Below the pieces are notes generated by a model. The model was given only the letters and a program-made list of their open reading frames with translations, did no database searches and was not told the origin of the DNA. This document shows, piece after piece, positions 1-12,144 of a DNA stretch of 39,225 nucleotides. The position numbers and the translations under genes were made by a program. Every line of letters starts with the position of its first letter. The first letter of the stretch is position 1. This stretch comes from Octopus bimaculoides (taxonomy: Eukaryota). The stretch lies in the NCBI RefSeq assembly GCF_001194135.2, contig NC_068983.1:8342809-8382033 (forward strand), written 5' to 3'.

Positions 1-235
1 GAATAATAATAATAATAATAATAATGATAATAATAATAATAATAATAATAATTATTATAATAATAATAAGAAGAAGAAGAAGAAGGGGAATCCTTTTTAT
101 AATAGGAAAATGGCTCAAATATTTGAGGAGGGGCAAGGCGAATATATCGGCAACCCGGTGTTCAACTGGTAAATCCCGAAAGGATACGAAGAGAGCGTTG
201 GCCACATATGCTTTTAGTTCGTAAAGGGTCGAACT
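1..235 (-). mobile_element. Degenerate tRNA-derived SINE (family B) remnant with (ATT)n/(CTT)n tail
   Basis: 83-235 reads as the antisense of the family-B 3' part (aatccttt..ata...aacccggtgttcaactggta..cccgaaaggat). 1-82 is the (AAT)n/(AAG)n tail, the source of the poly-I/R ORF 24..224. Compared by eye with the copies at 25449 and 30731. Confidence 0.55.
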
Positions 236-300
236 CTCTTTGTCTACTACTCGGGTCCATCGAACGATTACACCCTACCACAATTGCCTCAGAGACGCAC

Positions 301-439
301 CTTTGCTCTGATAACGTACAACATTGTGCATCGCGTTAAACAATTGGTCCACGGCGAATCTCACCGTGAGTGCATCAGGTGTGATGCCATTTCTAAACGT
401 CACATTCTGCTGGCGGTACTCTTCAAAAGTGACCTCCAT
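301..439 (-). CDS. Candidate first coding exon of an unidentified gene running off the left end (MEVTFEEYRQQNVTFRNGITPDALTVRFAVDQLFNAMHNVVRYQSK|G)
   Basis: ATG at 439 (a second in-frame ATG at 451), 46 open codons plus 1 nt, ending at AAAG|GTGCGT, a plausible donor. GC/CpG locally elevated, with a YY1-like AAACATGGCGG at ~473-483. No family recognised. Confidence 0.3.
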
Positions 440-1565
440 GGCCACGTGCATTTATATACTCGACTCTCAGAACCGCCATGTTTGTAGAAAAGTAGGGAGG
501 GAGGAAATTAAAAGAGCTATTTGACAATTCGGTGGTTGCGGAGACTGTCTGAGACGGTCTTCAAATATTTTTGGTTTTTCTTTAATGCTTTTGTGCTGGA
601 ACTTTCCACATTGTGATGTTAAAAAAAAATCGTTTTATTGATTTTATATACTATAAATATTTTTTATTATCCTTGATTGCCTCTCTTCACCGCAAGATGA
701 AATTTCTACACTAGAATATTGAATGGGATTGGAAGTCGACATATATGTGTTCATGTGTGTCTTATTTCGAAGACGGAGCGTGAAGGAATTTCAGGTAGCG
801 GTAGTTAAGATAAAGATTTTCCTAATTGATGGGGCATGGTTCTGTATTTTTGTGTAACACTGATAGAGCATCGTCTTTCGGGCAGCTGCTGCGAAAACCT
901 CGCCTGGGATGGTAATTTGTGATCTACACGTGCTCAATTTCGTAAGTTGTATCTTTTGTCTAGGAGAGACTCATTTTCTTCTATTTTTCCTTGAGGAAGA
1001 GCAAAAAGTATGGTGTTGATTTCGCCACCATCGTAGCAAAATATTGCTGACCTGTGAAGTCGTTCCCACCTACTTTGTGTCACCGTCGATATAGCTGTTG
1101 TTTTTGCACGCTTTGTTGATCATGCTGCATCGCTACTATAGTTGTTCTGGCTATCGATGTGGTTGCTGTCTCAGTTGTTGCTTGTGTTGGTGTTCTCGTT
1201 CTTGAAAAACATGGCGCTTACTTTTTCTACAGTTGCATTCACCTTTGCTGTAAATGCTTTTGATTTTGTAATTCTTGATTCTCTTGTTTCCATGGACATG
1301 CAATTTCTTGCAGCAGCTGTAGGTCGTTGTCGTGTGAGAAAGATATGGGGATTAATCTGCTCAAATGATTTTGATAGAGTTATAAATCATTCTTCCTGCT
1401 TCCATCATGAGATCAAATAAAATATTTCTAAGCTGTGACCTGTAGGGTAGAATTTGACAGTCCCTTTCTTCGCCCAGTGAGGTAGATATCTTGCTTTAAA
1501 GTTTCAACAAAAGTTCACAACAGTAAGTAACTTTTAAAAAGTTTAGTGAATATACGTCAAACACA

Positions 1566-1599
1566 AATAATAATGATAATGATAATAATAAAAAAAAAA

Positions 1600-1633
<34 letters not shown>
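1566..1633 (+). repeat. (AAT)n microsatellite with poly-A interruption
   Basis: Directly visible. Confidence 0.95.
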
Positions 1634-1635
<2 letters not shown>

Positions 1636-2319
1636 GTATTTAGAAACCGCGGGTTGAATAAAATTATATTTCCGTTTTTGTTACCATTTGAAGCTATTAT
1701 CGAATATTCAATGTGCAAATAATAGTGAAAGCTCGACGTATTTGTATGTGGTATTTGAAAGTCTTTGTTAGTAGAAATGGCCAGGTTACAATAGTGATCT
1801 GGAGGGCATGCATATAACTAAAGTTCTCTAAACAAAACGACAGAATTTTATGTTAACATTCATGACAAACAACTGCGGCATTAATATGTCTAATGATGCA
1901 ACCAGACGTCTTTTATTTGCAGTAATCGATAACCGTTTCTAGATTTTGAATATCTTTAAGAACTTTGATATTTTCGTACAAACCAGCGTTTGTTTGGACA
2001 ATGAGTCCTTTTGCTAGAACTGGGGTAACTGTTTAGTGTTTACTTGAAGATCAAGATTAATTTTCCTGATTTTTTTTTTCCATTTTCATATAAATTTAAT
2101 TGCTGCATGGACAGAAATTTAATTGGACTAAAAGCTAGCATTGTTTAGCGTTTAGGTTCATGCTAATATGTGTTATGCATAAGTCTGTCTTTGTGTGAAG
2201 AGAAAATATAGCACCGACTTGCAACGAAATAAAAGGAAATATGTATGGGGATATTATATGAGCAAATACAGACATACACGCATATATATATATTTCTCTT
2301 CCTGTCTCTCAGTCAAGCA

Positions 2320-2320
<1 letters not shown>

Positions 2321-2399
<79 letters not shown>

Positions 2400-2406
2400 G
2401 TCTGTC
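2321..2406 (+). repeat. (TCTA)n tetranucleotide microsatellite
   Basis: Directly visible. Explains the YLSI/IYLS ORFs. Confidence 0.95.
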
Positions 2407-3379
2407 TTTCTGCCCATAAATGCTTACATATACATACATACATACGTACATACATACTTGCATGTTTGTGTATGTCCGTCCCTTTGCGTTCTATGGAATA
2501 CTTACGTTATATAAATGCATAGTAAATGCATCGGGTTTATGTTTGTATCACTCTTCTGTTTTGTCAAGTCCATACGTGTTGCTAACTGCCCAAACGACTG
2601 TCCTTCTTAAGTTGTCATACAATCTCTTCTATTCCTTCTGAGCTAGTGATGTGCATTGATTAATAATATGCCATACAGTTTTCACGTTCTCCTAACAAAT
2701 TCTGCACTTATAANNNNNNNNNNNNNNNNNNNNNNNNNNNNNNNNNNNNNNNNNNNNNNNNNNNNNNNNNNNNNNNNNNNNNNNNNNNNNNNNNNNNNNN
2801 NNNNNNNNNNNNNNNNNNNNNNNNNNNNNNNNNNNNNNNNNNNNNNNNNNNNNNNNNNNNNNNNNNNNNNNNNNNNNNNNNNNNNNNNNNNNNNNNNNNN
2901 NNNNNNNNNNNNNNNNNNNNNNNNNNNNNNNNNNNNNNNNNNNNNNNNNNNNNNNNNNNNNNNNNNNNNNNNNNNNNNNNNNNNNNNNNNNNNNNNNNNN
3001 NNNNNNNNNNNNNNNNNNNNNNNNNNNNNNNNNNNNNNNNNNNNNNNNNNNNNNNNNNNNNNNNNNNNNNNNNNNNNNNNNNNNNNNNNNNNNNNNNNNN
3101 NNNNNNNNNNNNNNNNNNNNNNNNNNNNNNNNNNNNNNNNNNNNNNNNNNNNNNNNNNNNNNNNNNNNNNNNNNNNNNNNNNNNNNNNNNNNNNNNNNNN
3201 NNNNNNNNNNNNNNNNNNNNNNNNNNNNNNNNNNNNNNNNNNNNNNNNNNNNNNNNNNNNNNNNNNNNNNNNNNNNNNNNNNNNNNNNNNNNNNNNNNNN
3301 NNNNNNNNNNNNNNNNNNNNNNNNNNNNNNNAAATTTTGACTCTATATCTTCAGGAGGAGTTACCTCAATCCTTTCTAT

Positions 3380-3569
3380 ATTATTATTATTATTATTATT
3401 ATTATTGTTGTTGTTGTTGTTGTTGTTGTTGTTCTTATTATGCATATACACTCAATAGATTATTGACTGTTGGAAAAGAAAAGTATTCTAACATCGGGCT
3501 ACAACATGTAGACTTAGATGCCAAGAACCCTCCTAAGTATCCTAGCTATCCCTTTCTATTCTCTTTATA

Positions 3570-3625
<56 letters not shown>

Positions 3626-4240
3626 GTAATACTACTACTACTACTACTACTACTAAATCAGTCCTTCTAGCTATAATTACTCTGTCAGTCTGAAAGTTTA
3701 AGTCCCACACCATCTTATATATTTTACTTTCTAGTACTTTACTAGGTTCATGTTCACATTCTAGGTTTCTGCATAACTCCCAGTGGATTGCGCTTCCTAG
3801 ATTGTCATTTTTTCCTTGTATTGTTTCTGTGCCATCATGTTACATTCACTTACTATATGAGTAACGCTTTCCTCTTTTGGTTTGCATAATCTACATTAGG
3901 AATCTACTACGTTTTTGTCTATTTTGGTTTTTACCCAATTAGTCATTAATGGTTGACCTTCTGCAGCTACTAAAAGACTTTGTATCTCTCTCTTCAGCTT
4001 TCCCTTCTGCAGCCATAACGATGTCTCACTAATACTACTTGCTGAAACTATATTTGGGGAGCTACCATAAAACGCCTTCTCCTGCCAGTCAGATAATTTC
4101 TGTTCTTTTTTATGATCACCAGCCTCCCTGAAAGACGCACAAGACGCGGACCGCATTCCTGCTTCCAGACGGGCACTTTTCAAATTTGGGATCGGGAATA
4201 TTAACGACATTGTTAAGACATTAACCTTTATAGGCACAAT
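3380..4240 (-). mobile_element. Decayed 3' fragment of an R4/Dong-type (RLE-clade) non-LTR retrotransposon, copy 1
   Basis: Minus-strand translation with stops and frameshifts gives WLQKGKLKREIQSLLVAAEGQPLMTNWVKTKIDK, a CCHC knuckle CRLCKPKEESVTHIVSEC, IHWELC, the endonuclease motif WDLNFQTDRVIIARRTDLVV, and C-terminus ARILRRVLGI* (stop 3514-3516). A short 3' UTR and (CAA)n(TAA)n follow. Motif order matches RLE-encoding non-LTR elements. Confidence 0.85.
3570..3656 (-). repeat. (GTA)n microsatellite inside the R4/Dong fragment
   Basis: 8 + 18 GTA units separated by TTA CTA, in frame with the flanking element codons. Confidence 0.95.
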
Positions 4241-4439
4241 AGCTTCTTTTTGCTATTAACAATCTTAGCTGTGACGTTTCTTCCCGTGTTTTACGTTCTG
4301 GTTTTATTCTCCGGCGAGGTCAACTTTGGCTTTCATCCCTTCGGCAACTCAGAAATGAAATTGTTCTGTGGCGTTGAGAGAACAGTGACCTGCAGGTTCT
4401 GTAAGTTTGGCATGGTAGATTTCTGCTTCTCAATATCAA

Positions 4440-4482
4440 AAAACCTTCTGACGGCTTGTTTACATTTCATCGCTTCTGACGA

Positions 4483-4545
<63 letters not shown>

Positions 4546-4860
4546 AGCGAAGCGTGTGTGTGTGTCTGTGTATGCGAGGGTGTGCATGAATGTAAATATG
4601 TATGTATGTGTGCATATATTCACACACACATATATATATGTATGTGTGTGTGTGTGTGTGTGTGTGTTTGTCCTCTCCACTGCTTGACAACCATTCTTGG
4701 TTTGTTGACGTCCCTGTAACTGAGGAGTTCGGGAAAAGAAACCAATAGTGTAAGTACCATAAAAAATAATAAATACTGTGCATGCTTTGTTCGACTAAAC
4801 TTTTCCAATAGGCACTCCAGCATGGCCGCAGACTAATGACTGAAAGAAATAAAGGGTAAT
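4440..4860 (+). mobile_element. Old SINE family A copy: internal (TA)n/(TG)n tract plus 3' half
   Basis: 4666-4860 (gcttgacaacc...gtccctgtaact...ctccagcatggccgcag...gactgaaa) matches the 3' half of the full-length copy at 38616-39025. A family-B fragment lies upstream at ~4285-4345. Confidence 0.7.
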
Positions 4861-5954
4861 AGATTAAAAGGATGTGTATCTGTTCCTATATTTGCGTTTA
4901 TGAGTGCAGGTATGTGTGCTAGTTTGTATGTCCGTGTGTGAGCTTTACGAAATTCATTTGAAAATTCATTCATGACTTCGGTGAGCATACAGAAAATTTC
5001 TTGCTCTTCTTTTCCAAATCTAAATAAAATATTTGTATTTCCAATAGAATTATAATATACTTCCATAGGGATTAACGCAGTTAAATTCATTCAACAGTAG
5101 GGTAAATTTAATAGCATTCCTGTATGTGAAGGAAAACGAATTTCAATTCAAATGCATTTTGAGACGCATTCACCCATCTCTGAATTTCTTTTCTGATTTT
5201 ATCAATGCAATCTTTTATAAAAGGTCTAGAATTTTGTAGAGATAATTCATTGAACTGATCTTTGAATTGATTTCAATGTGAATATTTAAAGATACCGGTG
5301 ACATTTCCTTTATCTCTGCCATTTTCGCATCATTCATTTGAATAGTTGTGTTTGTATTTCTAATATTGATATCTTGGCTTTTTATCCTTTGACATATTTT
5401 AGTTCAGAAAGGTTCATATTTTAACATTGTCTGATCTTTGGGTACATGCAAATAACCTTATAGTTTCCCTTTTCTTCAACGAATTTCATTGGAATGTTAT
5501 TGATTACATAAACGATTGAAGATTTCATTGCAAAGCACAGCAATTTTCTTTATATTTGCGAAAGATATTTGTTGCTAAAGAAATTTGTCATCAGAGTGAA
5601 TCAACATCATCCTTTTTTCTTTCAAAATATGACGTATAGAAATACTAAACTATTGATTTGTTTTATCAAGACATGAATTTGTAGGAGAGGAATGAATATA
5701 TAGTCCAAAGTGAATCAACTCCTATATATATTATACGTAATTAATCTAAAGGGAAAGAATAAGATGTGAGGAGAATTTAGCGGTAACTTTAACGTAATAA
5801 ATAAGGTCATAAAAATGAATTATTGTATCACATTTTCTTTGAAGCTTCTCTCCAATTTCTGTATGAGTCGAATAAATATCTGTGTAATAACTGGTGCTAC
5901 GACCTAGAAAACCCATTAGCACACCAGTCAAAAAACGGTGTACCGGTTCGCTAG

Positions 5955-6110
5955 TTTTCAAATTCTGAGTTCAAATTCCGCCGAAGTCAACTTTGCCTTT
6001 CGTCATTTCATAGTCGATAAAATAAATATCAGTTGAGCACTGAGGTCGGTGCAATCGACCCTTTCCCTAAATTGCTGGCCTTCTGCCAAAATTTGAATTC
6101 AGTATTAGTG
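5955..6110 (+). mobile_element. SINE family B, 5'-truncated
   Basis: ttctgagttcaaattccgccgaagtcaactttgccttt...gtcgataaaataa...gctggccttctgccaaaatttgaa, with B-box GAGTTCAAATTCC. Confidence 0.8.
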
Positions 6111-6303
6111 TAATAACTCAGACAACACTTTTCCTTTTTATGGTGTATCTGCGAAGAATAGCACTTAAATTGCCATGACCGTCTTAAAATAATCCTGCGT
6201 CACTATTCAAAAGCATGATGAAGGGGGCTCCAATTATGATCAACGTGACATATTTCAAGTTATTTGATATCCGACCCAAGTTTAAATCAACCATATATAT
6301 ATA

Positions 6304-6493
6304 GGCGCAGGAGTGGCTGTGTTGTAAGTAGCTTGCCTACCAACCACATGGTTCTGGGTTCAGTCCCACTGCGTGGAACCTTGGGCAAGTGTCTTCCACT
6401 ATAGCCTCGGGCCGACAAAAGCCTTGTCAGTGGATTTTGTAGACGGAAACTGAAAGAAGCCCGACGTGTATATGTATATATATATATATATAT
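6304..6493 (+). mobile_element. SINE family A 5' half (tRNA-like head plus CORE-like segment) running into (TA)n and a gap
   Basis: GGCGCAGGAG start, A-box-like TGGCTGTGTTG, B-box GGTTCAGTCCC, then ACCTTGGGCAAGT (CORE-like). High identity by eye to 38850-39025. Confidence 0.9.
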
Positions 6494-7442
6494 NNNNNNN
6501 NNNNNNNNNNNNNNNNNNNNNNNNNNNNNNNNNNNNNNNNNNNNNNNNNNNNNNNNNNNNNNNNNNNNNNNNNNNNNNNNNNNNNNNNNNNNNNNNNNNN
6601 NNNNNNNNNNNNNNNNNNNNNNNNNNNNNNNNNNNNNNNNNNNNNNNNNNNNNNNNNNNNNNNNNNNNNNNNNNNNNNNNNNNNNNNNNNNNNNNNNNNN
6701 NNNNNNNNNNNNNNNNNNNNNNNNNNNNNNNNNNNNNNNNNNNNNNNNNNNNNNNNNNNNNNNNNNNNNNTATATATATTACAGAATAAGGGGAAAATGG
6801 AGAATTCATAATATTATTTATCAATTATAAAATATGATAACATACGACAACAGCTGTCAGAAATGTCATATTTTATAATTAATATATATATATATATATA
6901 TATTGGAAATCAGTGCATTTGTATATGTGTTTGTGTGTGTGTGTGGGGGGAGTATGTGCTACGTGGTAGGGCTTACCAGAAATGCATGCCAGCCTCACCC
7001 ACGTCATGCCGTACTATCACAAAAAAAGACTAATAATATAACCGATGTATTTGTATTTGAAATGATTTTCCTGGAATTCGAATAAAAGAAATTACAAAAA
7101 GTATGGTGTTTGGAAATTTTCCACCATAGTCATAGGTCTGGTCTGAGAGAATTGATGTCGTCTGCCAAACTAATAGCATATACAATCGTTACATAACTTA
7201 AGTTAAAACTGATTTGGCTGACTTACTGAAACCTTGTCCAAATGGCTGAATTTTACAATTCAACATAGTTTTGATGCGATAGTGTGACATACACACTAAA
7301 CAGCAATTAATGTATTTATGTGTCCCCAGTTATGCCACTCTGCATAGCTTCTCGTTACTAGCAAATTTTTCACATCTGAATTCCTACATTCTCAATACAC
7401 CCGTGCATTTATCACATTATCGATTTTGGTAATAATAATAGT

Positions 7443-7545
7443 ATTAACAAAAACAACAACAACAACAATAGACACAACAAAAATAATAAGAAAAATGATG
7501 ATGATGATGATGATGATGATGATGGTGATAGTGATGATGACGATG
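7443..7545 (+). repeat. Compound (CAA)n/(GAT)n microsatellite
   Basis: Directly visible. Confidence 0.9.
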
Positions 7546-8301
7546 AAAATATAGAAAGCACAGGCGGTTGCTAATCCCGCGCTACATTCCCAAACATGCT
7601 ACAATGACAGCTATATTTTATCATCTCGATAGATCATTCCTGGCTCAGGAAAAATATTAAAATATCTTTGCCAAAATAAAAACAAATTACTCAGGAATGC
7701 ATATATATATNNNNNNNNNNNNNNNNNNNNNNNNNNNNNNNNNNNNNNNNNNNNNNNNNNNNNNNNNNNNNNNNNNNNNNNNNNNNNNNNNNNNNNNNNN
7801 NNNNNNNNNNNNNNNNNNNNNNNNNNNNNNNNNNNNNNNNNNNNNNNNNNNNNNNNNNNNNNNNNNNNNNNNNNNNNNNNNNNNNNNNNNNNNNNNNNNN
7901 NNNNNNNNNNNNNNNNNNNNNNNNNNNNNNNNNNNNNNNNNNNNNNNNNNNNNNNNNNNNNNNNNNNNNNNNNNNNNNNNNNNNNNNNNNNNNNNNNNNN
8001 NNNNNNNNNNNNNNNNNNNNNNNNNNNNNNNNNNNNNNNNNNNNNNNNNNNNNNNNNNNNNNNNNNNNNNNNNNNNNNNNNNNNNNNNNNNNNNNNNNNN
8101 NNNNNNNNNNNNNNNNNNNNNNNNNNNNNNNNNNNNNNNNNNNNNNNNNNNNNNNNNNNNNNNNNNNNNNNNNNNNNNNNNNNNNNNNNNNNNNNNNNNN
8201 NNNNNNNNNNNNNNNNNNNNNNNNNNNNNNNNNNNNNNNNNNNNNNNNNNNNNNNNNNNNNNNNNNNNNNNNNNNNNNNNNNNNNNNNNNNNNNNNNNNN
8301 N

Positions 8302-8338
<37 letters not shown>

Positions 8339-8501
8339 CATTCATATATGCATATATACACATACATATATGCATATATACATACATATTAATATGAATA
8401 CGTATACATATATGAATATATTTATATAAGTATACATATCTCTATATATATATGTATATATACATATATACATATATCTCTGAATATATATATATATATA
8501 G

Positions 8502-8533
<32 letters not shown>

Positions 8534-9787
8534 ATATATTTATATATATATGCGTGTGTGTGTATATGTATACATGTATATAAGTAGGGAGAAAGAAAGG
8601 GATAAGTAGATAGATGTAGAGACGATTCTCAATGTGCAAAGAAAACGAATATCGATGCAGGCATAAGTAGTTTATGTATTGGAATGACTGCATATCATTG
8701 AAAATAGTGCTATTACGAATATGTTAACTTCGAAAAGCATGCATACGACATATATGTGTAAAAAATATGTCGATAAACAAATATTGAAGATGTGGCAAAG
8801 CATTAAGCTACTGAACACATGAGGTAAATCCCTTCTGATCATTTAAACATGAGATTATGCATTGTAATAAGTGAAAGAATAAGTAGAAACGGAGTAAGCA
8901 TTGCTTTCATATTTACACCGTACACAACGGCACGAAACACAACTCGTATGCTAAAATAGGTTTTCGTCCTAGGCTAAACATTACTGATTAGATTATTGGA
9001 AAACGCTCTGTTGTCGGGAACTATTCGGATACTTCCGAGCAGTTCCGGGTTTCAGAATACCAAATCCTGCACAAAGAAATTTGAGGGTCAACTGGAAGTT
9101 GTCTTATGAGACGTTTGCGGACGTTCTGTTTCAATGCAAAGCAATCTTCTTTTATTACATAAGCGTTATTTATTCATATGTGTATATATATATATATANN
9201 NNNNNNNNNNNNNNNNNNNNNNNNNNNNNNNNNNNNNNNNNNNNNNNNNNNNNNNNNNNNNNNNNNNNNNNNNNNNNNNNNNNNNNNNNNNNNNNNNNNN
9301 NNNNNNNNNNNNNNNNNNNNNNNNNNNNNNNNNNNNNNNNNNNNNNNNNNNNNNNNNNNNNNNNNNNNNNNNNNNNNNNNNNNNNNNNNNNNNNNNNNNN
9401 NNNNNNNNNNNNNNNNNNNNNNNNNNNNNNNNNNNNNNNNNNNNNNNNNNNNNNNNNNNNNNNNNNNNNNNNNNNNNNNNNNNNNNNNNNNNNNNNNNNN
9501 NNNNNNNNNNNNNNNNNNNNNNNNNNNNNNNNNNNNNNNNNNNNNNNNNNNNNNNNNNNNNNNNNNNNNNNNNNNNNNNNNNNNNNNNNNNNNNNNNNNN
9601 NNNNNNNNNNNNNNNNNNNNNNNNNNNNNNNNNNNNNNNNNNNNNNNNNNNNNNNNNNNNNNNNNNNNNNNNNNNNNNNNNNNNNNNNNNNNNNNNNNNN
9701 NNNNNNNNNNNNNNNNNNNNNNNNNNNNNNNNNNNNNNNNNNNNNNNNNNNNNNNNNNNNNNNNNNNNNNNNNNNNNNNNNNNNNNN

Positions 9788-9861
<74 letters not shown>

Positions 9862-11189
9862 TGTGCATGTGTATAAATATATGCCGTATATATACGATAT
9901 GAGATGGACTACATTTACGTAAAGTTAGTAAGTTAACAAATCTAAGGTCACCTGGGGGATAGATTATATAATCATCGTGAGTTAACAATGCCTTAGTAGA
10001 CAGTCAGTTGTATGAGTCCATATCTAGGTGATTTAACAAACGAGAAGACCGGACATCATATGAATGTGATACATGAAAATATGTAACAAGATCTACCTCG
10101 AGGTTATCTAACTATGTCAGCGACTCTGGTTAGCTGTCTCTGAACTAAACACAGTTATTTGTATAGTCACACAATATATATAGCAGTTGTTGACATCAAA
10201 TATATAATACACTATATATTCGCTTATCTCTTGCAAGCACATTGGAGATTGCAATGATCATATCAAATTTTCATTATGTATGGAACCAGCTAGTCTGCTA
10301 CACAAACATCTACATTAGTAAATGTGTGCATAAATACATTCAAGTGTGCACATATGTATACTCATACTACTTTCGAAAAATACATAGACTTAGAAGAATA
10401 TTTGTTAACAAAAAAGATTTATATACTTTCAGCTATATTGCGTAGCAGACAGTTGATGTTTAATAACGTTAAAAATTGTAAATATTTGTCAACACTGTGT
10501 TGCACACAAAGCTTTGATAGATACGTAAGTGCGCGTAAGTATATACTTAATGTGTTTTTTTTCCTCATATCATTATGTTGTTAAATATTGTTTATCGAAC
10601 ATTCTTAGCAAAACAAACATAAAAGTAGAAATTGTTATATAAAAAAAAAAAATTAATAGCGGAAAAGTACTTCAGGAAACGAATCTCATGTTGAGGAAAC
10701 TATTTTGCTAAGTTCTGGAGAAAATAAAAAATAACGTCTTTTGTAACTTGACGAAATGTTCCAAACCATGTTTTGTAAGCCTTGAAGTGCTTGGCTGCTT
10801 CAGTTCAGGTTTGACTTCTTATGATAAGACAGGCGGTAGATATATGTGAAGAGGTGTGGTTTATTTAATCGTTCCAAAAATAGTTTCAGTTTTTATTTTA
10901 TAATCGATACCAGTCAACAAGTGTGGTGACTGGTAAAATTCGTTTAACATAGGATTAACTTCATGCAGTATTCGGGTATGTCGCTTTGCTTTCCAAAATA
11001 AAGTTTCGATGTGGTCAACTTGGGTTTCTTCTGTGCTGGGGCGAGTTGTTAAAACTATAGACTAAACCAAGTGCTGGTGTTTGTTCCATTGACTATAACT
11101 CCCTATCTGTCTCTTTGTTTTTCGTTTCTCTCCCTATCTCTGTCTACCTTACCCTCTCCTTCTCTCGCAAATGATTGTCTTTCTACTTA

Positions 11190-11585
11190 TATTAGTTTCA
11201 GATTTTGGCAGCCAATTCTTTCGACCCCAGTGATCAACTGGTACTTATTCAATCGATACCGAAATGATGAAAGGAAAAGTCAACGTAGGCGGAATTTGAA
11301 CTCAGAACTTGCAGACGGACAAAATGGCGCTAAGCAATTTTCCGCTACGGTAACGATTCTGCCAGCTCACCGCATTATACTTGTCTCTATATTAGTTCAA
11401 AAATTTTGGCAAAAGGCTGGTAATTCGGGAGATGGGTAAGTGGATTACATCGACCCAAATGACGAATTGATACTTATTTTATCGACCCCGAAATGATGAA
11501 AGAGTTGACCTTGGCGGCATTTGAACGAACGAAAAGCTGATAAGCATTTTGCTCGGCAACGACTCTGCCAGTGCACCGTCTTATC
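11190..11585 (-). mobile_element. Two head-to-tail SINE family B copies (~11190-11372 and ~11391-11583)
   Basis: Each shows antisense ggtacttatt..atcga.ccc.aaatgatgaaag...ggcgg.atttgaac...gattctgccag. Confidence 0.8.
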
Positions 11586-12144
11586 CTTGTTTTTATGTTG
11601 CAAACTATTTTATGGAGGCAACAGATTCAGCTTGGTTTCAATTTAAACGCGGCGTTATTTAAAATCAATAATGAGATCATCGAAAGAACACGTTTTTGTC
11701 AATAGATTTTTATGAGCTTCTTCTACGTTGTAACAGTCTGTTGAATAATGTTACGCATATATTAATCTAATATTTCCCAAAAAACAACAAAGTCATAATA
11801 AGAAACTAGTGTATATTTTGAAATCATTAAAATAAAAGTCAGTGAGCAAAGTTAAGTGTTACGTTCAGGATCAAAATACATACTTTGTTATTGAACGCGA
11901 ATTTAGGTAACTACCTATAAATATTACATACAGGGTGAAAGTAATTATTTAATTATCTCCCCGATGCTATGCGATAAACATAGTTCCATTAATGCATTTT
12001 CCTATAACGTGACTCGGTAGACTGAGAACTACATGACGTTCATTCAGTTTATCAAAGTGAGATTAGATTCGATGAAAATAAAGACAAGGCATTCCACGTT
12101 GGTCGTTACGCTCTGTTCATCTCCTCTTTTAATGCATAATATTG

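Noticed and set aside
661-1440. Minus-strand frame with few stops, 6 of 7 being TGA (considered selenoprotein, recoding or pseudogene)
   Set aside because: The other two frames are similarly stop-poor (12 and 8 stops by my count) because the strand is A/C-rich and T-poor. No Sec-type context or recognisable domain.
7240-7310. Minus-strand AG...GTAAGT-bounded open segment (xCMSHYRIKTMLNCKIQPFGQGF)
   Set aside because: No homology and no link to neighbouring exons. Such signals arise by chance in 39 kb.
8990-9070. Possible terminal exon GFGILKPGTARKYPNSSRQQSVFQ* (minus)
   Set aside because: Short, with no supporting motif or compatible upstream exon.
11933-11942. TACAGGGTG resembling a Tc1/mariner TIR start
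   Set aside because: No inverted partner or transposase found nearby.
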